The notes beneath the pieces are model-generated. The model saw only the letters and a list, made by a program, of their open reading frames with translations, was not told the DNA's origin and ran no database searches. From Patescibacteria group bacterium (lineage in GTDB: Bacteria; Patescibacteriota; Dojkabacteria; JAKAPS01), in NCBI GenBank assembly GCA_025450075.1, contig JANWIC010000003.1, forward strand, positions 32,800-96,799: DNA of 64,000 nt, given 5' to 3'. Made by a program: the position numbers and the translations under genes. Within the stretch, counting starts at the first letter, position 1. Every line of letters starts with the position of its first letter. This document shows, piece after piece, positions 1-12,337 of this stretch.

Positions 1-80
1 AAGAAAGTATTACAAGAGGTAATATTACAAAAGATAAAATTGAAGAATTAAGGGCGGAATTACAAAATATACTAGATCAA

Positions 81-1430
81 ATGGTAGCAGCAAGAAAAAA
101 CGGAAAACCACTAGATTTCGAAGAAGTATCGGGAGAAACCCAAGCGGAAATCGTTGAATTAATTACAAGGATAGCTACACTTGAAGTACTTGTAGATAAA
201 GCAAGAGAACCTTTAATAGCTGTACTAGAGAATAAAGCACAGGTAACATCTGAGGCGAGTAATGGTGAACCGGCTACTGCCGCTCCCGGCAGTGAAAATC
301 CCACGCTAGAGGATAATGATGAAGATAATGGTCCACCTGCATCTCAATACCCCGCATTATCTGACGCAGAATTAGCCGTACTAATTGCTCAATGGAGAGC
401 AGGGGATTTTGATAAAGATAAGGGTGATTCCCCAACTCCACCACAACCTATAGCGGTTATAGTAGATGGAGATTCAAAACATGTTCCTGAATCTGGACAT
501 GCAGGTTATCCTCCGGTTGGAGCTGGTACATTGGCTATATTGGAACCTAATAATCCGGGCCAATATTTTTCTGAAGTAACTCCACCTTCACTTGAAAGAA
601 CCGGCACAACAAAAGCACCTCACCTAGCCGTTTTGGTAGGTTCGGCTGGTATATTAGTCTCAATTCTATTGGGTTTGGTAAGGGGTGATGATATGAAACA
701 TGTTGCTGTGAAATCAACAAAACCAACAACCCCAACAGGACAGGTTGTGAACCCTCCAGTTATTCCAGTAACTCCGACCACACCTCCAACTGTTGATGTA
801 ACGAAACAGCAATGGTTTATAAATGCTGAGGCAAAAGGAACAGGGGGAGATACATTATTGGCTGTATGGAATGCATCACATGGAAATAATCAATATTCCA
901 ATGTAAGTGAATTATATGCGCAACAACCAGTATGGGTAATTCAAGTCCTGTCAAATCCAGCCTATGTTAGGGATGTAGTAAATCAGTCTGTACAAAGGGC
1001 AAACAATGAATTAGCCCATCCTGCTGCGGGAGATTCAAGCCAAGAGGTACTACGTCAAGTATATAATGCAGTAAGTGCTTTACAAGATCAGAAATATGGA
1101 GTATGGGATGGGAAAACATTCACATTTACTCCGAAATTTTATACTGCTTTACAAACAAATCCTTCTTCAGTATTACCCGATCTATATGATATTATTGCGC
1201 TAGGTAATCTAATTCCTTCACAAGCCCAAAACCCAGCTTTACATAATAATATGGTAAGTGATATGCTTGCTGCGCAACTCAGACAGGTTGTTAGAGATGC
1301 TACGAGTCAATTAAGTGTATTAGCTAAAACTCTTGAATCTAGGTCAACAAATGCATATCCACCTAGAGCAGCAAATAGACATATTAGAAACTTGCGTAAT
1401 GCGCAAGGATTGGTGTCGGCAAGAAGATAA
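81..1430 (+). CDS. Hypothetical membrane-anchored protein (acidic/Pro-rich N-terminus, single TM, Pro/Thr linker)
   Basis: 449-aa ORF; hydrophobic LAVLVGSAGILVSILLGLV followed by PTTPT/PVTPTTPPT linker; no family recognised. Confidence 0.75.
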   Translation: MVAARKNGKPLDFEEVSGETQAEIVELITRIATLEVLVDKAREPLIAVLENKAQVTSEASNGEPATAAPGSENPTLEDNDEDNGPPASQYPALSDAELAVLIAQWRAGDFDKDKGDSPTPPQPIAVIVDGDSKHVPESGHAGYPPVGAGTLAILEPNNPGQYFSEVTPPSLERTGTTKAPHLAVLVGSAGILVSILLGLVRGDDMKHVAVKSTKPTTPTGQVVNPPVIPVTPTTPPTVDVTKQQWFINAEAKGTGGDTLLAVWNASHGNNQYSNVSELYAQQPVWVIQVLSNPAYVRDVVNQSVQRANNELAHPAAGDSSQEVLRQVYNAVSALQDQKYGVWDGKTFTFTPKFYTALQTNPSSVLPDLYDIIALGNLIPSQAQNPALHNNMVSDMLAAQLRQVVRDATSQLSVLAKTLESRSTNAYPPRAANRHIRNLRNAQGLVSARR

Positions 1431-1474
1431 AATTTATTGGTTAGGTAGGCTGGAAATGAAGTAAATAATGCTTC

Positions 1475-1503
1475 TTGACAATCTTTCTACCACGTGGTAT
1501 AAG
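1475..1503 (+). promoter_or_regulatory. Sigma70-type promoter of the rRNA operon
   Basis: TTGACA-17bp-TATAAG about 130 bp upstream of 16S; leader 1541-1575 is complementary to spacer 3194-3226 (16S processing stem). Confidence 0.75.
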
Positions 1504-1633
1504 TAATTCGCAATCAAAAATTGTTTTGTTATTCTTTTTGTACTTTGACAACTGAATAATGGTAGAATAAGTGCGATAAAGTCAATTTCTTTTTTATACA
1601 GTAACCAGCGTTAATTTATTAACGCTTTCTAAT

Positions 1634-3135
<1,502 letters not shown>

Positions 3136-3274
3136 AAGGAGTGTTTAATCCATTTATCACTTTTGTGATAATAAAAAAACATCCGAAATTGTCCGCACAT
3201 TCTACCATTATTTAGTTGCCAAAGTAGCACTTTTAAAGTACAATTAAACTGGCTTGTAGCCTAGTTTTTGCTTC

Positions 3275-3351
3275 GGGCAACTAGCTCAGTTGGTTAGAGC
3301 GCAGTCCTGATAAGACTGAGGTCCATGGTTCGATTCCATGGTTGCCCACCA
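3275..3351 (+). tRNA. tRNA-Ile(GAT)
   Basis: Cloverleaf, anticodon loop CT-GAT-AA, encoded CCA, located in 16S-23S spacer. Confidence 0.97.
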
Positions 3352-3358
3352 TTTTAGC

Positions 3359-3431
3359 GGGGATGTAGCTCAGTTGGTAGAGCATCGCATTTGCAATGCG
3401 GTGGTCAGGAGTTCGAATCTCCTCATCTCCA
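3359..3431 (+). tRNA. tRNA-Ala(TGC)
   Basis: Cloverleaf, TT-TGC-AA loop, G3:U70 identity pair. Confidence 0.97.
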
Positions 3432-4171
3432 TATAGCAAGCATATATGAAGTGTATGCTTACTATATATGTCAAATCATTTTTGGCATATATGAGAGTTT
3501 AGCTCATTGAAAACTGAATAGAATGAAAAAACGACACACAGATATTTATTTGTTTAATTATTTGTGGGTATAAAAATTTCAATTTCGAATCAATGATCAC
3601 TTTAGTAAAATAATTAAAGAGCATATGGTGGATGCCTTGGTGTAAGAAGCCTATGAAGGACGTCCATACCTACGATAAGCCTTGAGGAGCTGGTAAAGAA
3701 GCGTTATTACTCAGGGGTCTCCGAATGAGGAAACTCATCCCTTTATGGGATATTCATTCTCCGAATAAAATAGGGAATGAAAGGGTACCTGGTGAACTGA
3801 AACATCTTAGTAACCAGAGGAAAAGAAAGAATATTCGATTCTCTTAGTAGCGGCGAGCGAAAAGGGAAGAGCCTAAACCTTATTATTGTTACGATATTTT
3901 CGATTCTGTTTACAGAAGAGACTATATCAGCGTTTTACAGACGTATCTAATAAGGGGTTGCAAGATATAGCGTGTTATGACTGTATAGCATAACAGGAAG
4001 TAAAAAAATTTGATTTTAGGAGAAGAATGCTGGAAAGCAACACCAAAGAGTGTGACAGTCACGTATCTAAAAATTTCAAATCTTCTTAACTATATTCTTA
4101 AGTACTACGGGACACGTGAAACCCTGTAGGAATCTACCTCGACCACGAGGTAAGGCTAAATACTTCTTACA

Positions 4172-4216
<45 letters not shown>

Positions 4217-5654
4217 GGGAGGGGAGTTAAAAGTACCTGAAACCATATGCTTACAAACAGTTGGAGGGTGAAGTTATCCAGTTTACTGGATACGCCTGAC
4301 AACGTGCCTATTGAAGAATGAGCCGGCGAGTTGTGTTCCAGTAGCGTTAGGTTAAGCTTTTAAATAAGTTGAGCCAAAGCGAAAGCGAGTCTTAAAAGGG
4401 CGATTTAGTTGCTGGAACTAGACCCGAAACCGTGTGATCTATCCATGGACAGAGTGAAGTCTTGAGAAATCAAGATGGAGGCTCGAACCAGTTAACGCTG
4501 AAAAGTTATTGGATGATCTGTGGATAGCGGTAATATGCCAATCGAACACGGAAATAGCTGGTTCTCCCCGAAATAGCTTTAGGGCTAGCCTTGAAATTTA
4601 AATTGCAGAGGTAGAGCTCTGATTGGATCGTTGGGGGTCTTTATGACCTACCACATCCTGTCAAACTACGAATGCTGTGATGTACATTTCAGGAGTTAGA
4701 CTATGAGGTCGAAGCTTCATCAGTCAAAAGGGAAACAGCCCTCATCGCCAATTAAGGTCCCTAAATTTAGTCTCAGTGGAAAAGGATGTGAAAGTCCTTA
4801 GACATCCAGTATGTTGGCTCAGAAGCAGCCATCATTTAAAGAGTGCGTAATAGCTCACTGGCAAAGGAAATTTGCACCGACAACGTAACGGGGCTTAAGA
4901 CTAATACCGAAATTGCGGGATTGTAGAAATTTATTTCTATGATCGGTAGGGGAGTGTTCTATATTCCACGAAGGTAGACCGTAAGGACTGCTGGAGAGTA
5001 TAGAAGTAAGAATGCCGGCATGAGTAGCGAAAGATATGTAAAAAACATATCCACCGCATGCCTAAGGGTTCCTCGGCTATGTTAATCATCCGAGGGTTAG
5101 TCGGTCCTAAGCTGAGAGCGAAAGCTGTAAGCGATGGACAACAGGTTTATATTCCTGTACTAGTATTTGTTCGTTATCAACAATGGGGTGACCGGGAAGG
5201 AGAACGTAAAGAGCTTTATGGTTAAGCTTCTAAGCAGCAAGGTAGGATTAGCAGGCAAATCCACTAATCCGTTACGTCGAGCTGTTATGGGGAGTCTGGT
5301 AGCAATACCGGGCGACTTTACTATTCATCCTGCAAGAAAAACCTCTAGCGAGAACAAATCTAACCGTACCGTAAACCGACACAGGTGGGCGAGTAGAGTA
5401 TACTAAGGTGATCGGGATATCTTCTCTTAAGGAATTCGGCAAACTGCTGTCGTAACTTAGGGATAAGGCAGCCCATGGGTTTTAATTCATGGGGACACAA
5501 ACCAGGCTCGAGCGACTGTTTAACAAAAACACAGGTACCTGCTAACTCGAAAGAGGATGTATAGGTGCTGACACCTGCCCAATGCCAGCATATTAAAGAA
5601 GTGGGTCATTCCGAGTTTACTCGGATGAAGCTTGCAACTGAAGTACTGGTCAAT

Positions 5655-5695
<41 letters not shown>

Positions 5696-6252
5696 CGTCG
5701 CTTGATAGGCGACCCGCACGAAAGGTGTAACGACTTGAGCGCTGTCTTGAGAGGAGGCCCGGCGAACATTGAAATGGCTGTGAAGATGCGGCCTACCCAC
5801 ACCCGGACAAACAGACCCTGTGGAGCTTTACTAAAACTTGGCATTGGATTAGGTTCATTGATGTAGAGTATAGGTGGGAGACTTTGAAGCAGTTCCGTCA
5901 GGAATTGTGGAGTCAACAGTGTAATACCACCCTTTAATGTTTCTGATTCTAATTTGAGCCGTAATCCGGTTCAAAGACAGTGTCTGGTGGTTAGTTTGAC
6001 TGGGGCGGTTACTTTCTAAAGTGTAACGAAAGTACTCAAAGGTTCCCTCAGTTCCAATGGAAACGGAACAAAGAGTGTATTGGCATAAGGGAGCTTTACT
6101 GTTACACCTACAAGTGGAGCAGTTGCGAAAGCAGGACAAAATGGCCCTTAGGTGGCATGTGGATGCGCCTAAGATTAATGGATATAAGCTACCCCGGGGA
6201 TAACAGGCTAGTCTTGCCCAAGCGTTCATAGCGACGGCAGGGTTCGGCACCT

Positions 6253-7086
6253 ACAACTAACACAACGGGGCGCGGTAGAAGTAATTCTATTAGCACTGTT
6301 ATAAAAATTTAATTATCAGCTCATAACGGTGGAGTCCTAATTAGGTATATAATATACCTGATGGATAATACCGTGGGAAGTCTAACAAATGAACAAAAGT
6401 CAATTCTCATAGGAACTCTTTTAGGAGATGGTTTTATGAGAAAAAAGAAGAACGCTTATTTAGAAATAAACCATTGTTATAAACAAAAGGCATTGGTTGA
6501 TTGGATCTTTAATAACTTTAAGTCGTACGTTAATACTCCTCCAAAAATAAGAAGAAATAATGGAGCAAGAGAAGCTTATAGATTTTCTACAAGAAGTCTT
6601 CCAGTTTTTACTACTTAATTATGACTTATTTTATAAAAATGGAGTGAAGCATATTCCAAACGATTTAATTATTGATCCACTTGCATTAGCTGTATGGTTT
6701 ATGGATGACGGAAATAAATCTAGATCATCAATATATCTAAATACACAACAGTTTATTCTAAATGATCAAATTCAATTAATGAACATTTTAAGAAAAGAGC
6801 TTGGAATCGAATCAACTCTAAATAAAGATAAAACTTATTATAGAATTAGAATAAGAACAAGCAGTACTCCAAAATTTGTTTCACTAATTGATCAATTTAT
6901 ATTGAAAGATTTTCGATATAAATTACCACTTTGTTATGACCCCGTATCGACTTAGAACATAATGTTCTGGAGTTCTCTTTAATATAGAGAGCTAAAACGC
7001 TGACTCCTACTCTTTAATATGACGAATTAAAGACAAGAGGATGAAGGTATAGTCAGTTCTTGTAAGTAATTACGAGGTATTTTACG
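6253..7086 (+). mobile_element. Group I intron (IA-like) in 23S after E. coli U2500, 834 nt
   Basis: Splits GGCACCT|CGATGTCGGCTC; 5' exon ends in U and intron ends in G; P3 TCAGC(6316)/GCTGA(6999), P4 ACGGT(6326)/ACCGT(6370), P7 GACT(6949)/AGTC(7051); extra hairpins between P7 and P3'. Confidence 0.93.
6361..6955 (+). pseudogene. Intron-encoded double-motif LAGLIDADG homing endonuclease, +1 frameshift near 6616
   Basis: Motif 1 ILIGTLLGDG in ORF 6361-6618; motif 2 ALAVWFMDDG in ORF 6560-6955; removing one base at ACT-TAAT-TAT joins them into ~197 aa. Confidence 0.88.
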
Positions 7087-7122
7087 CGATGTCGGCTCGT
7101 CACGTCCTGGGGCTGGAGAAGG

Positions 7123-7153
<31 letters not shown>

Positions 7154-7578
7154 TGGCACGTGAGCTGGGTTCAAACCGGCGTGAGCCAGGTTGGTCTCTA
7201 TCCGGTGTGGGCGTTGGATTTTTGAAGGGAGTTCGTTCTCAGTACGAGAGGACCGGAATGAGGAAACCTCTGGTGCATCAGTTGTTCTACCAAGGGCATC
7301 GCTGAGTAGCCAAGTTTCTATTTGGATAAGTGCTGAAAGCATATAAGCACGAAGCCAATCCCAAGATGAGAAATCCTTCTTAAGACCCCTTGTAGACTAC
7401 AAGGTATTTGAGTTCTAACGCAATTATGGAGCAATCTATATGCGTGTTAGTCCTCTTTATAGGCTCTAGGTGTAAGTACAGCAATGTATTCAGCCGAGGA
7501 GTACTAATCGGTCGATAATTTTACTAAAGTCGATCATTTCGAAATTAGATCATTCTATTCAGTTTCAAGGAGCTAAAT

Positions 7579-7695
7579 TCCTGGTGATGTTAGCGGAGTG
7601 GAACTACCTTAAACCATCCCGAACTAAGCAGTAAAACGCTCCATCGCCGAAAATACTTTCCCCATGGGGGATGGGAAGATAGGTAATTGCCAGGA
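7579..7695 (+). rRNA. rrf: 5S rRNA
   Basis: TCCTGG...CCAGGA terminal helix, CCATCCCGAAC loop C, 117 nt, directly after 23S. Confidence 0.95.
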
Positions 7696-7798
7696 TTTAG
7701 TTCTTTTAATTTGCTTCATAATCCCATATAATGGAGTTGTGTAGTGAATTAAAAGACGTTTAAAACGCCCAAAAATCTATAGAAAGGAATTTTTTAAC

Positions 7799-9013
7799 AT
7801 GGCGTCAAAGAAAAATAGCACAGAAGAAACTACATCAAGTCTTCTTTCTGAATACCTCGCTAGCTACATGCCTGCTAAACTCAAAAAAGGTGATATCGTT
7901 GAAGGAAAAGTTGTACAATCCAAAAAAGGTATGCTTTTGGTTGATGTTGGCGGTAAAGCAGAAGGAGTTATTTCTGGAAGAGAATTGCATGCAGAAAGCA
8001 CTGATATTTCAAAACTTCAAGCAGGCGATCCAATCTTTGTTTATGTCCTTACTCCAGAAGATGATAAGGGACAAATTCAGCTATCTTTACGAAGAGCTGA
8101 TATTTTAAAGAACTGGATTGAACTAGAAGAATTGAAGAGGAATAACGGTACAATTGAGGTTACTGTTCTTGATGCAAATAGCGGAGGATTATTGGTAAAA
8201 ACCAAAGGAGGACTTCCTGGTTTTATCCCATCATCTCAGCTCGATTCTGCACGATTGTATAAATCGACAAGCGAATCACGACAAGAAGCAATTTCAAAAA
8301 TGCCTGTAAAACTCAGCGAATTTATCGGTCAAAAAATTGCTACAAAAATCATTGAGATAGACAAAGATAAGAATAGAATTATTCTTTCAGAAAAGCTTTT
8401 GACATCAGGTGAGGATTTCTCAAAACGTGAGGAAACTCTTCGAAATGCAAAAGTTGGAGATGTCTTTGATGGAACAGTTACAGGTGTAACACCATTCGGT
8501 CTTTTTGTTAATGCAGAAGGACTTGAAGGATTAGTACATCTTTCTGAAATCTCTTGGGATAAAGTTTCTGATCCAGCTGATTTCCACGGAGTTGGTGATA
8601 AAGTAAAGATTCAGCTTATCGGTATTTCAGATAACGGAAAAAGAGTAGCATATTCTATCAAACGACTTATCAATGATCCTTGGGCAAATTCCATTAGCCA
8701 GTACAAACAGGGACAAATAGTTAAGGGAACGGTTCAAAAGATCGTAGACTATGGTGTCTTTGTAAAGATTACTGAAGGATTAAATGGATTGATCCATATT
8801 TCTGAGCTTTCCGAAGATATGGTCGATGACCCTTCTAAAGTTGTTAAAATCGGGGATGAATTAGATCTTAAAATCATTTCAATCTCACCAACAGACCGAC
8901 ATCTTGGCTTATCTCTAAAAAGAGTAAAGCATGATGATGGCTCACAACCTGTTGAAGAAGTACGATTAGGAAAGAATCGTGAGCAGCTACTTGATCCTGA
9001 ATCAAGGGCATAA
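7799..9013 (+). CDS. rpsA: 30S ribosomal protein S1 (four S1 domains)
   Basis: S1 repeats (GLFVNAEGLEGLVHLSEISW, GVFVKITEGLNGLIHISELS); SD AGAAAGGA. Confidence 0.9.
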   Translation: MASKKNSTEETTSSLLSEYLASYMPAKLKKGDIVEGKVVQSKKGMLLVDVGGKAEGVISGRELHAESTDISKLQAGDPIFVYVLTPEDDKGQIQLSLRRADILKNWIELEELKRNNGTIEVTVLDANSGGLLVKTKGGLPGFIPSSQLDSARLYKSTSESRQEAISKMPVKLSEFIGQKIATKIIEIDKDKNRIILSEKLLTSGEDFSKREETLRNAKVGDVFDGTVTGVTPFGLFVNAEGLEGLVHLSEISWDKVSDPADFHGVGDKVKIQLIGISDNGKRVAYSIKRLINDPWANSISQYKQGQIVKGTVQKIVDYGVFVKITEGLNGLIHISELSEDMVDDPSKVVKIGDELDLKIISISPTDRHLGLSLKRVKHDDGSQPVEEVRLGKNREQLLDPESRA

Positions 9014-9030
9014 TATGATTATGAAAAAAC

Positions 9031-9059
9031 AAAAGAGGGGTTTTAAACCCCTCTTTTTT
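9031..9059 (+). terminator. Intrinsic terminator after rpsA (potentially bidirectional)
   Basis: AAAAGAGGGGTTT-T-AAACCCCTCTTTTTT. Confidence 0.85.
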
Positions 9060-9161
9060 GTTTTGTATTACTCGGCATAACATGCAGGTTGGTACAATAG
9101 ACTATATGCAATGTTTGTGGAAATAGTATATAATTGCCCAAAGCTAATTAAGATTCAAGAT

Positions 9162-9674
9162 ATGTCAATTAATGGATTAACAGGTACGGAAACTGGTGTA
9201 GGGAATCCTGAAGGGAGTGTCTATGATCAAGCGCTTGAAGCATTCCTGGCTACGGGTGATAGTTCACTACTTCAAAAATTATTGGCTCGTCTCGGGATAT
9301 CGCAGCAAAGTGCATATGATGGAGAGTTCAATATGGATGGGCAAAATAGCTCAACAACAACTTTTGAAATTCCCCCAAGGAGATTTCCCTGGAGGAATAA
9401 TGCGGATATTATAAATAAACTTGTTGCCTCATTAGAACGCCTCATAAAAGATGGAAGAGATGCTGGAAGGAATGTTTATCGCATCCCAGATGAAGGACTA
9501 GAGAGTGTAATTATTGATTCGAGAGACATACCGACTACTTTAAATTTTCATCACACTGCACTCCATGTAATTGGGAGATTTAGTGAGGATGGAAAGATTC
9601 TAAATTTGGTAAAAATAACCTTAGAAACAGTCAACCAGACTTCACTTGTCGCGGATCCTAACATAGGTAATTGA
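9162..9674 (+). CDS. Hypothetical protein
   Basis: Open frame filling the gap between rpsA and clpC; start at 9111 or 9162. Confidence 0.65.
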   Translation: MSINGLTGTETGVGNPEGSVYDQALEAFLATGDSSLLQKLLARLGISQQSAYDGEFNMDGQNSSTTTFEIPPRRFPWRNNADIINKLVASLERLIKDGRDAGRNVYRIPDEGLESVIIDSRDIPTTLNFHHTALHVIGRFSEDGKILNLVKITLETVNQTSLVADPNIGN

Positions 9675-9789
9675 TTTTTACTTCCCTAAATTGCAAAAAA
9701 TGTTTCATATGATTGATGAGGTGATTCGTATCTTCCTGTAATCTATTCACTTTTCAATCTTTCCTTCATATAGTATAATAGAAATAAAG

Positions 9790-9816
9790 TTAGCACTGGT
9801 AACTTTCAAGTGTTAG
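9790..9816 (+). promoter_or_regulatory. Degenerate CIRCE (HrcA operator) upstream of clpC
   Basis: TTAGCACTG-N9-AAGTGTTAG versus consensus TTAGCACTC-N9-GAGTGCTAA, just downstream of TATAAT at 9774. Confidence 0.6.
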
Positions 9817-9875
9817 AATTATTTTCCATTTAATGGTATAATATCCTACCAACGTATTTTAAATATACATTTGTT

Positions 9876-12332
9876 ATGAGTGGAATCTCAAAATTAACGA
9901 ACAATGCAAAGAAAGCTTTAAAAGGATCATATAATGCAGTAAAGAAAAATAATACTTCTACTCTAGAAATATCACATCTTTTTCAGGGGTTACTTGAAGC
10001 AGAAGATGGTATAGCATCTCGAATTCTTCATGCTACTGGTTTTACCCCACTTATTGAGGATAAAATTACTGCATATACACATGAAGATGAGTTTGATGAT
10101 TATTCAACTACAATTCAGATATCTGATGATTACAGAAAAGCCTTAGAAAATGCCTTTAATATCGCCAGATCGCAATATCATGTGTATGTAGGAACAGAGC
10201 ATATCCTTTTAGGAATTTTAAAGATAAAAAAGAATTCATTTGTATCAGAACTTGCAAAAGCGGGGTTGACTTATGAATATGCAGATAAATATATTTCTTC
10301 ATATGCTAATTATCCTGCTGGGTTATTAGCTAAGTTCCCGGTACAGGAAGATAAGGGTAATTCAGTTCTCCCAATGCTTGGAAGAAATTTAACTGAGATG
10401 GTAAAGAATAATCAAATCGACATCATTCTTGGAAGAGAAAAGGAAATTGATAGAATTATCCATATTATTGAACGAAGAAGTAAAAATAATCCAATCTTAA
10501 TAGGGGAGGCGGGAGTAGGTAAAACTGCTATTGTTGAAGGATTTGCACAAAGAATTGTCAAAGGAGAAGTTCCTGAAGACTTAAAAGACGTACAAATTTG
10601 GGCGATAGATACTGCTCGTCTTATGGCAAGCACAGAAATGAGAGGAGATTTAGAAGCAAAAGTAATGGCTTTAATTGAAGAAGTAACAAGCAAAAGTAAT
10701 ATTATTCTTTTCATTGATGAAATTCATGGTATTGTAGGAAATGGTACAGGTAATGATATCAGCGCCATAATAAAGCCATATCTAACAAGACCATCTTTCC
10801 GATGTATTGGTGCAACAACTCTTTCAGAATACCAAAAATATTTTGAACCAGATGCTGCTCTTACAAGAAGATTTCAAACAATTCTTGTCGATGAAATTTC
10901 AGAAGATAGTGCTATAAATATTCTTAAAAATCTTCGAACCGAGCTTGAGAGATACCATAAAATAAAAATAAGCGAGGATGCAATATATAACGCGGTAAAA
11001 TTATCAACAAGATATATTCCTGACAGGTATTTACCTGATAAGGCAATTGATGTTCTTGACGAAGCAGCAGCAAAGCTAAAGCTTGAAAGGCAGGACATTA
11101 CAGAGGAAATGAAAACAGCAAGTTCAGAAATAGCTCTTTTAAGAAAAGAAAAAGAAAGCTTTGTAAATGAAAGTAACTTTGAAAGGGCATTAGATATTCG
11201 CAAACGTGAACAGGAGCTAAAATCATTTCTAGATGAAGCTTTCCATAACCTAAAACGAACAAGAACTTCGACTAGGTATGTAGTAAATGAAGATTCCATT
11301 CGAAGTGTAATCTCAGGCTGGACGGGGGTACCAATACAAACGTTAACGGTTACCGACAAATCTTCTTTGAAAAGCCTTGAAAATGATATCCAAAAGATGG
11401 TTATAGGTCAGGATGATGCTGTATCCCGGGTCACTCATGCAATTAAAAGCGCAAGACTCGGAATTCGAAACGAAAAAAGGCCGCTTGCATCATTTCTATT
11501 CTTAGGTCCAACGGGGGTTGGTAAAACAGAACTTGCAAAACAGGTAGCTATTAAGCTTTTCGGAGACCTTCGTTCACTCGTCCATATAGACATGAGTGAA
11601 TATATGGAAAGTCATACCGTTTCTAAGTTTATTGGCTCACCTCCGGGATATATTGGTTTTCAGGAAGGCGGACAACTTACCGAGAAGGTTCGACGAAGAC
11701 CATATTCCGTTATCCTATTTGATGAAATTGAAAAAGCGCATGTTGAAGTATTAAATATATTACTTCAAATTTTGGAAGAAGGACATTTGACGGATAGTAA
11801 GGGAAGAGTAGTAAATTTCAAAAATACTATTATCATTCTTACATCAAATATTGGTGCTGATCGAATCAAAAATGATAAGCACTTAGGATTTAATGTTTTA
11901 TCAAGAAAAGATGAAGAGGAAAAAAGTTATGATAAAGCGTATGAGGAGATGCGTGATAAGATTATGGAGGATATGAAGTCATACTTGACTCCTGAATTTG
12001 TAAATAGACTGGATGATATTATCATCTTCAGAGGATTGAATCAAGAAAATATTGAAAAAATTACGGAAAAACTTTTGAAGGAATTAAAAGATAGGTTGAA
12101 AGAGAATAGATTGAATTTTAGCTATGATAAAGATACCGTTTCATATATAGCGAGAAAAGGTTTTAATAAAGAATATGGAGCTAGACCAATTAATCGTGCA
12201 ATAGAGGAGCATATTGAATTCCCATTATCCGATAAGTTATTAACAAAAGATATTGGAAAGAAAACATATAACATCCGAGTCCGTATTCTCAAAAGTGGTG
12301 AGGATGAAAAAGTAAGTGTCGATTTTGAATAA
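9876..12332 (+). CDS. clpC: ATP-dependent Clp protease ATPase subunit ClpC
   Basis: Clp-N repeats, two AAA modules ([13 protein letters not shown] and [14 protein letters not shown]), short UVR-type middle domain, GARP. Confidence 0.92.
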   Translation: MSGISKLTNNAKKALKGSYNAVKKNNTSTLEISHLFQGLLEAEDGIASRILHATGFTPLIEDKITAYTHEDEFDDYSTTIQISDDYRKALENAFNIARSQYHVYVGTEHILLGILKIKKNSFVSELAKAGLTYEYADKYISSYANYPAGLLAKFPVQEDKGNSVLPMLGRNLTEMVKNNQIDIILGREKEIDRIIHIIERRSKNNPILIGEAGVGKTAIVEGFAQRIVKGEVPEDLKDVQIWAIDTARLMASTEMRGDLEAKVMALIEEVTSKSNIILFIDEIHGIVGNGTGNDISAIIKPYLTRPSFRCIGATTLSEYQKYFEPDAALTRRFQTILVDEISEDSAINILKNLRTELERYHKIKISEDAIYNAVKLSTRYIPDRYLPDKAIDVLDEAAAKLKLERQDITEEMKTASSEIALLRKEKESFVNESNFERALDIRKREQELKSFLDEAFHNLKRTRTSTRYVVNEDSIRSVISGWTGVPIQTLTVTDKSSLKSLENDIQKMVIGQDDAVSRVTHAIKSARLGIRNEKRPLASFLFLGPTGVGKTELAKQVAIKLFGDLRSLVHIDMSEYMESHTVSKFIGSPPGYIGFQEGGQLTEKVRRRPYSVILFDEIEKAHVEVLNILLQILEEGHLTDSKGRVVNFKNTIIILTSNIGADRIKNDKHLGFNVLSRKDEEEKSYDKAYEEMRDKIMEDMKSYLTPEFVNRLDDIIIFRGLNQENIEKITEKLLKELKDRLKENRLNFSYDKDTVSYIARKGFNKEYGARPINRAIEEHIEFPLSDKLLTKDIGKKTYNIRVRILKSGEDEKVSVDFE

Positions 12333-12337
12333 TACAA

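Noticed and set aside
6605-6625. Programmed +1 frameshift restoring the homing endonuclease
   Set aside because: ACT-TAA offers no plausible tRNA re-pairing and there is no internal SD; a simple insertion or assembly error is more parsimonious
9162-9674. RelE/ParE-like toxin fold for this orphan
   Set aside because: Only a vague helix/strand pattern, with no recognisable residues and no adjacent antitoxin
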